From NCBI RefSeq assembly GCF_009914755.1, contig NC_060944.1: DNA of 64,000 bases, one strand, 5' to 3'. Shown here piece after piece: positions 13,843 to 26,635 of the stretch. How positions within the stretch are numbered: the first letter of the stretch is position 1; each line of letters begins with the position of its first letter. Below the pieces are notes generated by a model, which ran no database searches, was not told the origin of the DNA, and worked only from the letters and a program-made list of their open reading frames with translations. This DNA comes from the human T2T-CHM13v2.0 reference genome, Homo sapiens. Both the position numbers and the translations under genes were made by a program.

Positions 13843-16800
13843 AGTCTACTTAATTTGAAACTTATCTAGTGCTGTCCATTCCCACCAACTGTCAAACTCC
13901 AGGTGGAAAAAATGAGGAAACTGAGCCCAAATAAATAAAAGGACTTACTAAAGAGCATGCAGCTGGCTAAGGGAAGAGCAAGACTAACACCCAGTGCCCC
14001 CAGTGGGGAGCTCGTTGGCCTAAGTTCATTTGAATAGAATATTAAAGACACCCAGTACAGGGCACTGAGAGGCAGAGGTCAGTGAGTAGTAAAATTGTAA
14101 ACTGAGAAAGCTCCTAACTGTGGCAGGGGGTCCCAAAGACGGCCACCAACTCTTCCTTCCCACGCCTGCACCGCCTGCACATGATGGTGTGCTGCTCTGT
14201 CCAGAGGAGGACCCTGGCTGGCTGGATTGCTTTGGCCAGTACAGCCTGGTGGGAGGGATGCTGTGACAGTTCCATGTGGAGGTCCTGAGAGACCCCGTAG
14301 CCCCAGCTTATCCTCCCATGGAACCCAGCTGCGAGCTGTGAGGAAGCGGGGCTGGCCTTCCAGAGGAAGGGACCCAGGGCGAGGATGAAGCTGTCCCATC
14401 CACAGCCAGGACCAACTCCCAGACAAGAATGATGCCAATGTGGAGGCTCCTGTCCCAGCCAAGGCAGCCTCATGAGTCACCCCAGATAACACCTGGGATG
14501 CAAAGGAACCTCCCAGTCCACTTACAGAATTGTAGAAGGAATAAATTTAAGCCACTAAATTTTGGGATGGTTTGTAACTCAGCAGTGGTAACTGATACAA
14601 CAACTGAGGCTGAAAAATGCATGGTTCTTTCACTCACTGACTATTGCCTCTCAGTGCCCTGTACTGGGTGCCTTTCTTCTCTCTGCCTTCCAAGTGTTGA
14701 AGTGCCCAGGAGCTCAGCCCTCAAATCCCCCTTTCTCCCCTGCCCCCTAGGAAACAGCAGCCAGCTCTCTAGCCTCTCACTTTCATATTGACACCTCCCG
14801 CCTGGACCTTTCCTCCACATCTCAGTCCTGTATTCAAATGTCTCATTCACATCTGAAACATACCAAGTCCTGGGATTCTTCCCCACAACACGGATCTTCC
14901 ATGTCAGTGAATGGAAATGGCATTTTCCTGTTGTTTGGGCTCATACCCTTGTCATCCTAGATTCCTCCCCCTCACACTCCACATGCAGCCTGTCAGCAAA
15001 TCCTGTGACTCACCTTCAGAACACCTGCAGCACTAACCTCTTCCCCCATCACCATCCCCTCCTGCTACCATCCTAACCATACCTATCTCTTTTAGGATTA
15101 TTCAGTAGGCTTCAAATTGCTTTCACCCTTGCCCCTGACAGCCTAACCAGCAGCCAGTGCAATTCCTTTAAAACAAGAGTCAGAGGAACTTGCTCTGGAG
15201 CTTGGAACAATCCAAAGGCTCCCCAGTCTCCTCAAAACAAAGACCACATCATTCCCTGGCCCACAGGCCATAGCCTCACTACTTAACGTGTGGTCCATGG
15301 GCCAGCAGCATCACTTGGATACTTTGTAGAAATGCAGAATGCCAGGCTCCATCTCAGACCTGCTGCCTCAGAATCTGCATCTTAAGCCCCAGGGGAGCTG
15401 CATGCACATTCACGTTAGAGAAGCGTTGCCCTCCCTGATCCAGTGTACCCTCTTCCTCTGCTCTCACTCATTGGGGCTCCAGCACATCAGCCTCCTCCTG
15501 TCCTTCCCATCACCCAGCAGGCTCCCACCTCAGGACTGCCACACGATGTCCCTTCTGCCTGGAATGCTCCACCCAGTTGTCCACAGAGACTCCCCCTCAC
15601 CTCCTTCAGGTGTCTTCAAACATCCCTTCATCCAAGAGCCCTTTCTTCCCTGTCACCTACATAAAGTTATACCTCCGCCCTCATTCCCTAGTCTCAACCC
15701 CTGACTTGACTTTTCTCCATGGCTGTTACTTATTAGCTCTGTGTTTATCTTCCTAGTCCTCCTACCAGGAGGGAGCCCTGTGAGAGAAGAGACCAGCTAT
15801 GCTGCTTGTGACTGGGCCTGGCACCAACAGCCACCCCATGGAGAGTGCACGGCAATGGCTCCTTCTTCCTACTACCTTCGTTTCTAAGGTCTTCTACAGT
15901 TGCAATGAGAAAAGTAGGTAGAACTAACTCTGTTTTAAAATAAATGCTACCTCGTTCCTTCTGGTTGGATAAGAAGAAGTGATCATTTCAGAACCAAACA
16001 TGTCAGAACCAACCAGGTGGTGCAGAACTGCACTTCTTGCTGCCCGAGTTACCTAGAGGTGGCCTTGAGACCTTCCTTCTGAGTGTCACAGCCCAGGCCA
16101 AGGTCGTCCCCACTGCCTCCCTCCTGGCAGCCAGTCATCAACTCTTGCAGAACAAGCACAAGATTGAACAAGCACAAGGAGCACCCACTCTTGGCCCTGC
16201 ATCCCGAAGGACCCTCAGAGGTTTGGACAGGGCAGCAGGCTATCTGGGCAGTGCTGGTCACATCTTCTCCCTAAGAAGCCGCTGGCCTCAACTTCAGGAG
16301 AGCTCACTTGGAACGCTGGATGCTGTCAGGCAGGGGCTGCAGACACACGAAGTGCTTAGAGGGCAGGGTTCTTGGGAATCCGGGATTCGCTTCTGTCTCG
16401 GTACTAATGTTTAGGCCAGAAATGCCAACACAGCTGTGACTACTGACCCTACAACCTGCAGCAGTGAATGCTCTTGCCCTTGCTGTACATGTGTGAAAAT
16501 AAGCAGGAGGACAGAAGCTCACCCGAGGCCACCAGCTAGTAGGTAGCAGAGCCATAGCGTCCAGAGCATCTTAATTTAACAGCTTTAGGGACAGAGCCCA
16601 CCAACACGGCCTTCGCCATTTGCCTTCATAGCTCCTGCCATGCCCATTACTCCAGAGTCGCAGTGCTCAGATGCTCAAGAAACAGTCCTGGCTGATAACG
16701 GATCCCCAACCACTCCCTGTGCACTCAGTGGTCTCCAAAGAGCTGGTAAAACCCTCCCTTCCTCTTCTCTCCTCCATCTCTCCCTCTTCCTGTTCTCTTC

Positions 16801-19031
16801 ATTTGTCTCTGTGACCCCACACACACACACCTCTTTCCAATGACACTCAGAAGAAACCTGTGAGCTTCTCCCATGTGCACCACCAAGAGCTGAGGGCTCT
16901 CAGTTGGACAAGGACGGTCCAGTTTTGGTCCCTGCAAGCAAGCAGGTCACAGTTCAAATTGGGGAGAGACAGACACTGTTCAAATAGCTGAAATGCACAG
17001 TAAAACCAAAACACAGAATTTAGAAGAGCATGGCAGAGCTCAGATCAAGTACAGGACCCAGATGCTGGGAGTCTGGAATTGGCTTCGTCACCAGTTCACT
17101 GAGTTCTTTCTCTACTCTGCATCAGCTACAAAGAAAGATCACCAGATTGGGGAAAAGGAAAAGCAGGTTTTATTCCCGGCCAGGCATGGAGAAGGAGAGA
17201 GCACTTGCTCTAAAGACAGCTTCTTCCAGAGCGGTGGGGAGCTGGGGAATGTAACAGGGTTAGATGTGGGGCAGGAGCTATGTAAGCTTATGTGGGGAGG
17301 AACTTCAGACACGCAGGTGCAGATCATGAACAGGCTCTTCATACGACACGTGTGCAGAAAGTGGCAACGATTCTCTTCTATGATTCTCTTCTATGAGTGG
17401 GGACTTTAGCATTATAATGATATGCTAATGATCTAAAGGTGACAGGGGCCACTGGTTCTGGTTTGCTCGGTTTTGGGCAAGCCTTACTTCCTCTGGTAAT
17501 TGGCGAAGCGTCCTGAAGTTACCAGGCCACCCAAAGTTCTTTTAAGCAAGCTTACCTATAGATAAAGAGATGAGAAAAAAAATTGAGTAAGAAAAAATGA
17601 GGAGCTTTCTCAGCTATATCTCTAGGGCTGCCATGGTGGCAGCTTCACAAGGTGACAGGGCTCCCTTCCCTTCTGGCTCCTATTTCTCGATGTCCCCATG
17701 AACTCCGGGTGAGGATGAGGTATGTGGAGTCTGCGCATACATCTGCTTCAGCAGGGGGCTTGAGGATCCCATATGGCTGCAACACACCATAGCCTCATGC
17801 ACTGTGGCACTGTGCACAAAGCCCTGCAGAAGTGCAGTGCGCCCCTGACCCTGCGGGGTCAACCCAACAACACACAGCGAAGCACAGGACGAGAGAGGGT
17901 GGCCACAAGCGCAAGAAGAGCTGGGAAGTGGGAGTGCAATCCAGCAACTGCCTGGCGTCCTTCCTGGGGCTGCGGGATACCCGGCCAGGCAGCTATGCTC
18001 TCTGATGCTCTGAGGGCGGTGCAGGAGGCAGAACAGTTGGGCTCTGTGGTGGGGCAGCTCCTGGTCAGCATGAGCGACATGGTAACTCAATTCCAGCAGC
18101 ACCAAATCCTGGTAACTCTTAATCACTCACCCCAGCCATCCATGAGCATGCACGGCTGGGGACATCATCCATCAACCACCCATAGAACAGACTTCCCCAC
18201 AAGACCCCTTGCAGCCCTCAGTGTTCAAGGAAGACACCATGAAAATCATTACACCTGGGAGAACAGTCCCTAACTGCCAGGCCTGCAGGGCCAAGGGGGG
18301 CACAGCAATTGCCCCCACATGCCAATGCCCTTCCCCATTCCCAAGCTGCCTCTCCTGGGGTTCCCCTACTGTGGTAGCTGCACTGCCTTCTCTCGCTCAA
18401 GGCCAGGCGTCACTTTTAGTGCTATTTGAGAGCTGTAAGTCTCTGAGATCACAGGGACATCTTGGGGTCACTCCAAGGGCAAAGCTCTGAGAACTTTGAG
18501 CTGTGGCCACTGTCCTGCCTCCTGTGTGGATCAAAAATGGCTTCCTCCTTCATGGAGCTCCTGAGTGTACAGATAGCACTAGACAGGGAGCCAAGGGAGA
18601 GGCCTAGAACCCCTCCTGGCTTCTGCCCTCTGTTCTGCCTCCAACCTGCCATGTGGCAAGGCCCCTGACATCTCTAGGCCTCAGTTTTCTCATCTGCAAA
18701 ATGAACCAATGAGATCCAAATTCTGAATCCTTGAGCTCTAAAATTCCAAGAGGTGTATGAGTCCCATTAAGAACATGCCAGACTTAATAGCCAGAGTTTC
18801 TACTCCTTTCCCAAAATCACAGCCTCTGCCAGTGTGGGGCCCTCCACAGATTTCCCTAAGGACCACCGGACTCTGGCTCTGGAGAACTCCTGCCCTCCTT
18901 CCTTCCGTTCAATGTCTTCTTTGTCTCACAACTGCCCCATCCCCATCAGCCGTCACTCTGGGCCAGGGACAACCGCTGTTTCTCACACTACTTTAGGGCT
19001 GGAGCAGAGACATAGCCACCCAAGCCCATGT

Positions 19032-19176
19032 CTGAGGGATATAGACAGGAACACCCTTTGTGGTTTTCTTTTCATGTTAGTTCAACTAGAATTAACTTTA
19101 TCTTGGACTTAAGTGCAAGCAGGCATTGACATTTTGGTAGATTTCCAGTCCAGTAGCTTCTGAGAATGGCAGCCAG
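19032..19176 (+). repeat. 145-bp direct repeat, copy 1
   Basis: Aligns without gaps to 20629-20773 with 11 mismatches (manual alignment). Confidence 0.92.
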
Positions 19177-20424
19177 CTCTGGCTGGGAAGGTTTAGATTT
19201 TGACTTGCATAAAACTAAAAATTGAGAGGTGAAGCTAGGAAATGGATCCTCAGCTAGAACTCGGCGTTTGCTTTAGTTTGAATTTGAGTGACAACTAGAA
19301 TGTGGACCTTAGAGGAGGAGGCTTATAGTCCAGAGGACAAAAGGGATAGTCCCAAGTTCAACACTGTGCTCAGAGAAACAGACTCCCACACCCAGGCAGA
19401 GGCACCGGCAGCAGCAGGGTTTCCACTGTGCCTGAAAGACCAGGGGCCACCTGCCCTCATGGCTTTGTCCTGTAGTTTCATCGTCCAGCAGAAGCCTGAA
19501 CCAGTCCCCACACACATGGAGGGCCAGGGGTCCTGATGCCTGCTGGTAGCCCACCCTGTCCCCTGAGTGGTCTTGGAGCCAGGTGCACTGCTTGAGTCAT
19601 CACGCAGATATTGCTCGGTTGCTTGTTTTGCAGCAATCACCTGGTTTCTTGATCCCTCCATGATAAGAGGCTACAAGGGGGAGAGGGAAACCAGGGAACA
19701 GCCTTTGGCTAGATCTGAGCTGTCGGCCCCTTTGCTCTGTCCTGAGAAGGCAAAGGTCACTAAAACTGCCATCGCATCTCTGCCTACCGCCTCAGGAACT
19801 TCTTGGGCTTCCCAGCCTCTCAGCTCAAACTCAGGTGTGAAGGTTTATGATGCAGTCACAGCTTTGAGCAGAGACCACAGGCAGGGGAGGAATTAGTCTG
19901 CAAAGGTGCTGATCGCTAGGGCTGGACATGGCTTTCCCAGAGACCAGTTTCTGTGGGTCCCAAAGAGAGATGAAACATGGCCCCAGCCCTGAAAACACCA
20001 GCGAGGACCCAAGAGGATGTGTATCTATTGATGAGGAACTAATAGCATTAGTCAAATTTCTTACCGGGCTGAATGTTGAGAAATTGTAAAGCTGGCCAAC
20101 ACTGCCCCCTGGCTCTGTAACTGATGCTGCTTTCCAGCCTATCTAAGCAATCTGTCAAATCTTCCACAGGACAAGCCAACCAGAAGAACTCACGCATTCC
20201 TTAAGATCATATCGCCATCAAAGGAAGCCCAGGAGCATTTCCCTAATAATGAGCCCTCTCAGAATAACCTTTGTCTCCTTAGTAAATTAATCAACACAGA
20301 TTGACTATGGCCAAGACAGTGTGATAGTCCTGAACTCGGGGAATTCTGGATGAGGATATGAGAAATCTGTTCGCCCTCGCAAAGATACATACTCCATCAA
20401 GACGGACTGGGTACAGGAAGTGTA

Positions 20425-20444
20425 TAGATGATAGATAGATAGAT

Positions 20445-20491
<47 letters not shown>

Positions 20492-20510
20492 GATAGATAG
20501 ACAGATAGAT
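20425..20510 (+). repeat. Compound (GATA)n tetranucleotide STR
   Basis: Core (GATA)11 at 20445-20488, with GAT and GACA interruptions in the flanks. Confidence 0.97.
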
Positions 20511-20628
20511 TCCTTTAAAAGTCTGATAAATTGGGAAAACACAAATCCCTTGGTGGAAGAGAAATTCTGAGGAGGAGCCCCTGGCAGGTAGCAGGCAAAT
20601 GGGTTAGAATTCAAGGCAGAAACTATAA

Positions 20629-20773
20629 CTGAGGGATATAGTCAGGAACACCCCTTGTGGTTTTCTTTTCATATTAGTTTAACTAGAATTAACTTTATCC
20701 TGGACTTACGTGCAAGCAGGCATTGACGTTTTGGTAGATTTCCGGTCCAGTGGCGTCTGACAATGGCAGCCAG
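20629..20773 (+). repeat. 145-bp direct repeat, copy 2
   Basis: About 92% identical to 19032-19176, offset 1597 bp. Confidence 0.92.
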
Positions 20774-21278
20774 ACCTGGGAAGTGGCTTGAGAGGGCAGC
20801 TGGGAGCACTGCGAAGGTGCTCTGGGGAAAGCGTCAGGTTTTTTGGCTGGGGACCAGGGAGAAGTAGAAGTAAAGTAAAGCCATTTTTGTCCAGCCAAAG
20901 TTTTTGTCTGGATGGAGGAATGATATAAATGCAGGCTAACTCTACATAGTGATAGAAACATGTTTATTAGGTATGTTTAAATTTTATGTATAATTATTAG
21001 AAAACTAAAAAGAGTATGTGATTTCCAAACCATTGGTGAAAGAAATGGAAGAAAAGTTGGTCAATTTTAATAAAACAAAACAGGAAAGGGTGGAGTGGGG
21101 AAGGAACAAGCAAGGATGGCAAGTTGGGAAATATAAAATAAGATCAAGAGATATGTCCATACATCATATCAGTAATAACTGAATTAATTAAATTTTCCCA
21201 TTAAATAGAAATTGTAGCATAGAGTAAAAAAGAAAGAAAATTTAGAAAAGAGGATGCAAGACATGGGGCATGGGATAG

Positions 21279-22701
21279 ACACACATACACTACACACACA
21301 CACCACACACACACACCACACACACACACCACACACACACAGACACACACACAGACAGACACACACCACACACACACACCACACACACACAGACACACAC
21401 CACACACACGCACACACCAAACACACACACCACACACACAGACACACCATATATACACCAGACACACGCACACACCACACATACACCACACACAGACACA
21501 GCACACACATGCACACCACACACACACGCACACACCACACAGACACACACCACATACACGCACACACCAAACACACCACACAAACGCACACACCACACAC
21601 ACCACACACACGTGCGCACAGACACCACACACGCACACACCACACGCCACACCACATAGACATCACACACATCACACACATGCACGCACACACATCACAC
21701 AACCACACACATGCACACACCACACACACCACATGCATAGACACCACACGCACACACCACACACACCATACACAGCACAAACACACCCTCACACCCCCCC
21801 ACACCACACACACACACCACACACACGTCATGCACATGCACACACCACACATAGGCACCACACCACACACACACCACACACACGCACACACCACACACAC
21901 CACACACAACCACACAGCACGCACACACACCACACACCACACACACCCCTACACAACCACACCACACACACTCGCACACACACACCACACACACTACACA
22001 TAATGCACACACCACACACACGCACACATCACAAACACACGCCACACACATGCACACCCACACCACACACATTCACACATAGGCACACAACACACACACA
22101 CCCCACGCACCACATACACACAGCACACACACACAACACAACACACACACGTGGTCACAAATACCACACACACGCACCTGCACACACCACTAACACACAC
22201 ATGCACAAACACCACACACACATTACACATACCACACACACACTTCACACACACCACACATATGCACTCACACATACCACACATGTGCCCACACACACAT
22301 ACACCACACACACATGCACACACCACACACACTCCCACACAACTACACCATATGCACACAAACCACACACAGGCACACACCCACACACACACGCACACAC
22401 ACACCACCACACATACACACATGCACACACCGCACACATGCACACACACCAAATACCACACATGCGCATGCTCACACACACATGCACGCACATACACCAC
22501 ACAGACGTGCACAACTTGTGAGCAAACACGCACACACACGCACACACACATTACATATGCCCATGCGCACACCACACACACGTGTGCACACACACACCAC
22601 ACCACACACACCAAACACATGCACACACCACACATATACCACAGGTGCACACACACACCACATGCACACACACCACACACACGCACATGCGGGCACACAC
22701 A
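21279..22701 (+). repeat. About 1.4 kb degenerate (CA)n/(CACAC)n low-complexity tract
   Basis: Directly visible; it generates the spurious His/Thr and Cys/Val ORFs. Confidence 0.97.
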
Positions 22702-23935
22702 TTTGGAGTTTTAGAAGGAGAGAAGGGGGCGAGGAAATATTCAATGAATTAAAAGCTGCAACACTTCTAGAATTAATGAAAGACAATACTCAGGCTCAGG
22801 AAGTACACAAATTCCAATCAAGCTAAATAAAAATGAAAGCGGCACCTCTACACATGATTGTGAAACTGTCACAAACCAAAGATCAGCAGCAGGTCTTTAA
22901 AGAGCCAGAGAGTGAAGATACATTACCTACACAGGAATGGTGTTTAGACTGACAGCTGACAGCTGAGTAAAATCTTTAAAGTATTTCAGGAAAATAATTG
23001 TCAACTTTGAATAGTGTAGTTAGTGAAATCATCTTTCAAGAACAAGCACAAAATACATTTTCAGACAAACAAAAACTATAGGCTTTTCACCCTATTACTT
23101 CAGGATTACTTCCAGAAGAAGGAAAATTATCCCCCAAATGAGGACAATAAGGGTGGTGTGCCTGCAATGGAAGGACAATGAGCAAGGAAATTGTTACGCT
23201 TGTGGGTAAATCTAAAGAAACATTAGTGATATGAAATTATAGCAATAACGCCTGCATCATGGGGTTAAGAAAAAAAACAAGGTAAAAGAAAAATCCTGAA
23301 CAAGAGTGTAGAAAGTAATTAAGAAATCAAAAGTAGCATCCTATAATTTCTCGAATGTTCAGGACAGTTTTACATTTACATCAATATGCATGTCAAATTT
23401 TCTAGATTAACCACAAATAGAAGCAGAATATATACCTTCTAATCCAGTAGAGGGGGAAAAGGGGTAAGAAAACTGAGCAGTTTGAAAAATGAAAAAAAGG
23501 AGAAATAGATTTAAAAGAAAGGGTAAAAAACATTTGCAAATACACACAAAAAATAAATTTGTTAAAATAAAATTTAAATGTCAACAATTATAATTGATGT
23601 AAATGGAGTAAATTCTCTAGTTAAAGACAAAGATTTTTGGAATGGATTTTCAAAATCTCAACTATATACTCCGCAATAGACAAACCTAAACCTAAAACAT
23701 ATTTAGAAATGTTGATAGTAAAAGTATAGAAAACATTTACCAAATAAATATGAATTAAATATCAGACAAAATGCACAGTAAGACAAAATGCAAGAAAGTT
23801 AAAAGGGGAAACTTTGTATGATAAATGTTCACCAGGAAGATCTAGAAGTTCTTAACTTGCAGACAACTCCAAAAATATGAGCAAAAATTTATGGAAATAC
23901 AAGGGGAAACTGAAAAATTGACCCTCATAGTATTT
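22702..23935 (+). mobile_element. Ancient L1M remnant (ORF1 to ORF2 endonuclease region), probably continuing left of the CA tract to about 20950
   Basis: A-rich strand bias and degenerate L1 motifs (attggagtt..agaaggaga; atgtaaatggagtaaattctctagttaaagacaaagatt; atatcagacaaaatgcac). Confidence 0.7.
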
Positions 23936-24530
23936 TCAGGCCATGTATAAGAAATCCCAAAATCATTTTTTTGATTGGGGCAGTGACTGTATTTCATCTA
24001 GATTCACAAAAGTGGCTATTTCACTGGATGCAAACTTTGTTTACAAAACTGAACTTGGTAAAACCAGTTTGCGTGTGCAGGAGGAATTTTAGGTCGTAAT
24101 AACTCTTCCAGATTCTGTGATGCATTCAGTCATGGCTGGGGTTGTTGTCCCTAGCATCCTCTCCCGCTCCTGCTCCCAGTCTTGTGGGCTTGTGGGTAGG
24201 TGCCTTGACTTGGGAGAGGATGCAGGACTGAGGAGTGGGAGAGGGGATGGACAGAATACCCAGCAAGTGTTCCTTCTCCAGTCTGTCACGCCAAGGGCAA
24301 CCAGGGCTAGGTGCCACCAGGATCTTCACGTTGCTGCATAGAATGACTTCAGAGGTCTCCATCACAGAGGCAGAAGAGGAGAATTTATCACAATAACTCC
24401 CCCGACTGGTCACGGGCTGCCTTGTGTGTGCTATGGACTTCTAGGAAGCCCTTCAGGGTCCACAGTTGGAAGTACCAGGCAGGGGTACCTAAGGCATCCA
24501 CATCTCAAAGTCAGAGAAGCCCCAGGGCAG

Positions 24531-24926
24531 TGTTAAAAGAAAAATCTTAGGCAAACTAAATGTAACAGAGTTTAATTGAGTAAAGCATGATTTGTGAATT
24601 GGGCAGCCCTGAACCAGAATAGGTTCAGAGACTCACCAGTGCTGCCGCATGGCCAAAGAAGACTCATGAACAGAAAAAGCAAAGTGACACACAGAAAACA
24701 GAAGTGAGGTACGGAAACGGTTGGACTGGTTACAGCTTGGTGTTGTCTTATTTGAACACGGTTTGAACAGTTGGCCCCCTGTGATTGGCCAAAACTCAGT
24801 GATTGGTATGAGAGTAGGTTATAGCCTATTTACACATCCAGTTAGGTTATAGTTTACTATGTACAAAGAAACCTGTTGGCCAGACTTAAATATGTAAGGA
24901 GGCAGCTTTAGACTAAACTGAATTTA
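24531..24926 (-). mobile_element. Solo ERV1 LTR (MER57-like)
   Basis: tgttaaaagaaaa...aacagagtttaattgag...gattggccaaaactcagtgattgg pattern; subfamily from recall. Confidence 0.7.
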
Positions 24927-25254
24927 AGTGGGAAGCAAGACCAGTTGCTGTGGCAATGGCTGGAGTAAGAGATATTTGAGGAGATGTGATCTGTGGCAGA
25001 GAAGTGTCCCACGCAGGAATTTCTTGTAAGACTCATTGCATTACTTGGGAAAAGGAATGCCCCCCCCCAACCCCCTGCACACAGACACTCCTGTGCAATA
25101 TTGGGCTTCACCTTGGTCATTGTTATGGAATCCCTGGCCCTCCAAGGGCTCCCTACATGGGACAGTAAAGGAGATCCCAGAATCTCCCCCACTTCCCAGT
25201 TTAGTTACTGCACAAAATTGACTGTGTTAAAGAGGGAAATAGAAAAGAGGCAGC

Positions 25255-25530
25255 CTGGTTGGTCGAAGGACAAAAAATTTCAGTTCTGCAGGAGGAATGA
25301 GTTTAAGTCCTGTATAACACTGTGACTATAGTTAATAACAATGTACTATATACTCAAAATCACTAAGGGGGTAGATTTTCAGTGTTCACACCACAAAAAA
25401 AACTGTATGTGAGGTAATGCTATGTTAATTAGCTGGATTTAGCCATTCCACAATCTATACACATTCCAAAACATTATGTCTTACACCATAAATATATGCA
25501 ATTTTTGTCAATTAAAATTTAATTAATTCT
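25255..25530 (+). mobile_element. L1MA 3' end fragment
   Basis: gtgactatagttaataacaatgtac...tatgtgaggtaatg...ttagccattccacaat, typical of L1MA 3' UTRs. Confidence 0.8.
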
Positions 25531-25944
25531 TATAAAGAAAGAATGAAAAGGAGGAAGTACTTCTTAGTAGGTGATCTTCAACAGAAGAAAGTGAAAAAAA
25601 GTCTTAAAATGTCAGTATGAGACAACAGATTCTGCAATGACAGGAAGGATGGGTAATGGACAATTATGTGAACAAACACATTTCAAAGCCCGGGTTGAGA
25701 TCAGGGGTCAAAGAGGAGACGACCACAGCTGGTGACTTAGAGGGTCAGTAAGAGGAATCAGGGCAGAAAAGCACAGAAACTCCTCCATTTAAAATTTCAG
25801 GCTGCAAACTCACATGGGTGCCAAGCTGAGCACCCAGGCAGGCACAGGTCAGCCATGCTAGCCGAAGGGGATGCCCATGTGTCATTCATGATGGAAGGAG
25901 AGGAGAAGGGCAGCCAGCCTTGGGGGAACTCTTAAGTTGGAGTA

Positions 25945-26085
25945 GCTGGGGCAGTGGCTCACGCTGTAATCCTAGCAACATAGGAGACTGAGGTGGGAGG
26001 ATCACTTCAGCCCAGGAGTTAGAGGTTGCGGTGAGCTATGATTGTGCCACTGCACTCCAGCCTGGAGACAGAGTGAGACCCTGCC
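25945..26085 (+). mobile_element. Alu monomer (FRAM/FLAM/AluJ-like)
   Basis: gcagtggctcacgctgtaatcc...gccactgcactccagcctgg..gacagagtgagaccctg. Confidence 0.88.
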
Positions 26086-26537
26086 CTAACACTCAGGGTC
26101 TTTTTTTTTTTTCTTCAAGGCATTTTGGGTTGAGGAAGTCCAGAAAAGTCAGAACAATGCCCTGGTATGGACAGTTCCCTTTCAACAGATAATCTTGAGT
26201 AGAAGCAGTTCCGAGTGATAGACAAAGCCTCTTAATAAGGAGGGGAGTTTCTGTAAGAGCAGCTTTCTGCACCTGTCACTAGGACCTAGCTGTCATGACT
26301 GCAGGTTTATTCTCATCAGCTGGTAATAGATACGGAAAAGAACACACTGAACTTGGGAGACCAATGCTTTCAACTCCTAGGTTGTTGAATTCCTTGCACA
26401 TGGGGTGCCCTGCAGGGGGCAAGTCTGGTAGCAGTGATCATCAAGGATGACACAGGAAAATCGGCATGCTTCCTGAGGCAGAACAATGCTACCTGAGCAC
26501 TTCTCCAGAGGGGCAGACTTTAGCAGCATTACAGGGT

Positions 26538-26635
26538 TCAGCTGAAGGTCATCAGGCACCACCACGGGGTCTGGGGAGCCTGTGTGTCTCCTGCAAAGTC
26601 CAGTGAACGGGAGCCTCCAGGAGCAGAAGTTTGCA
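26538..26635 (-). CDS. VSX1: VSX1 alternative terminal exon (coding part)
   Basis: Acceptor ctccctgttttccag|. From exon 4 it adds VQTSAPGGSRSLDFAGDTQAPQTPWWCLMTFS* (301 aa total); from exon 3 it adds CKLLLLEAPVHWTLQETHRLPRPRGGA* (236 aa, stop 26552-26554). AATAAA at 26306-26311 (minus). Lengths agree with my recollection of annotated isoforms. Confidence 0.8.

Noticed and set aside
19032-19176. snoRNA or other ncRNA interpretation of the 145-bp repeat
   Set aside because: I could not see convincing C/D or H/ACA boxes or a two-hairpin fold by eye; an Rfam search is needed.
21184-22826. Many 100-260 aa His/Thr-rich or Cys/Val-rich ORFs
   Set aside because: They are translations of the CA/TG low-complexity tract, which lacks stop codons; not metallothionein-like genes.
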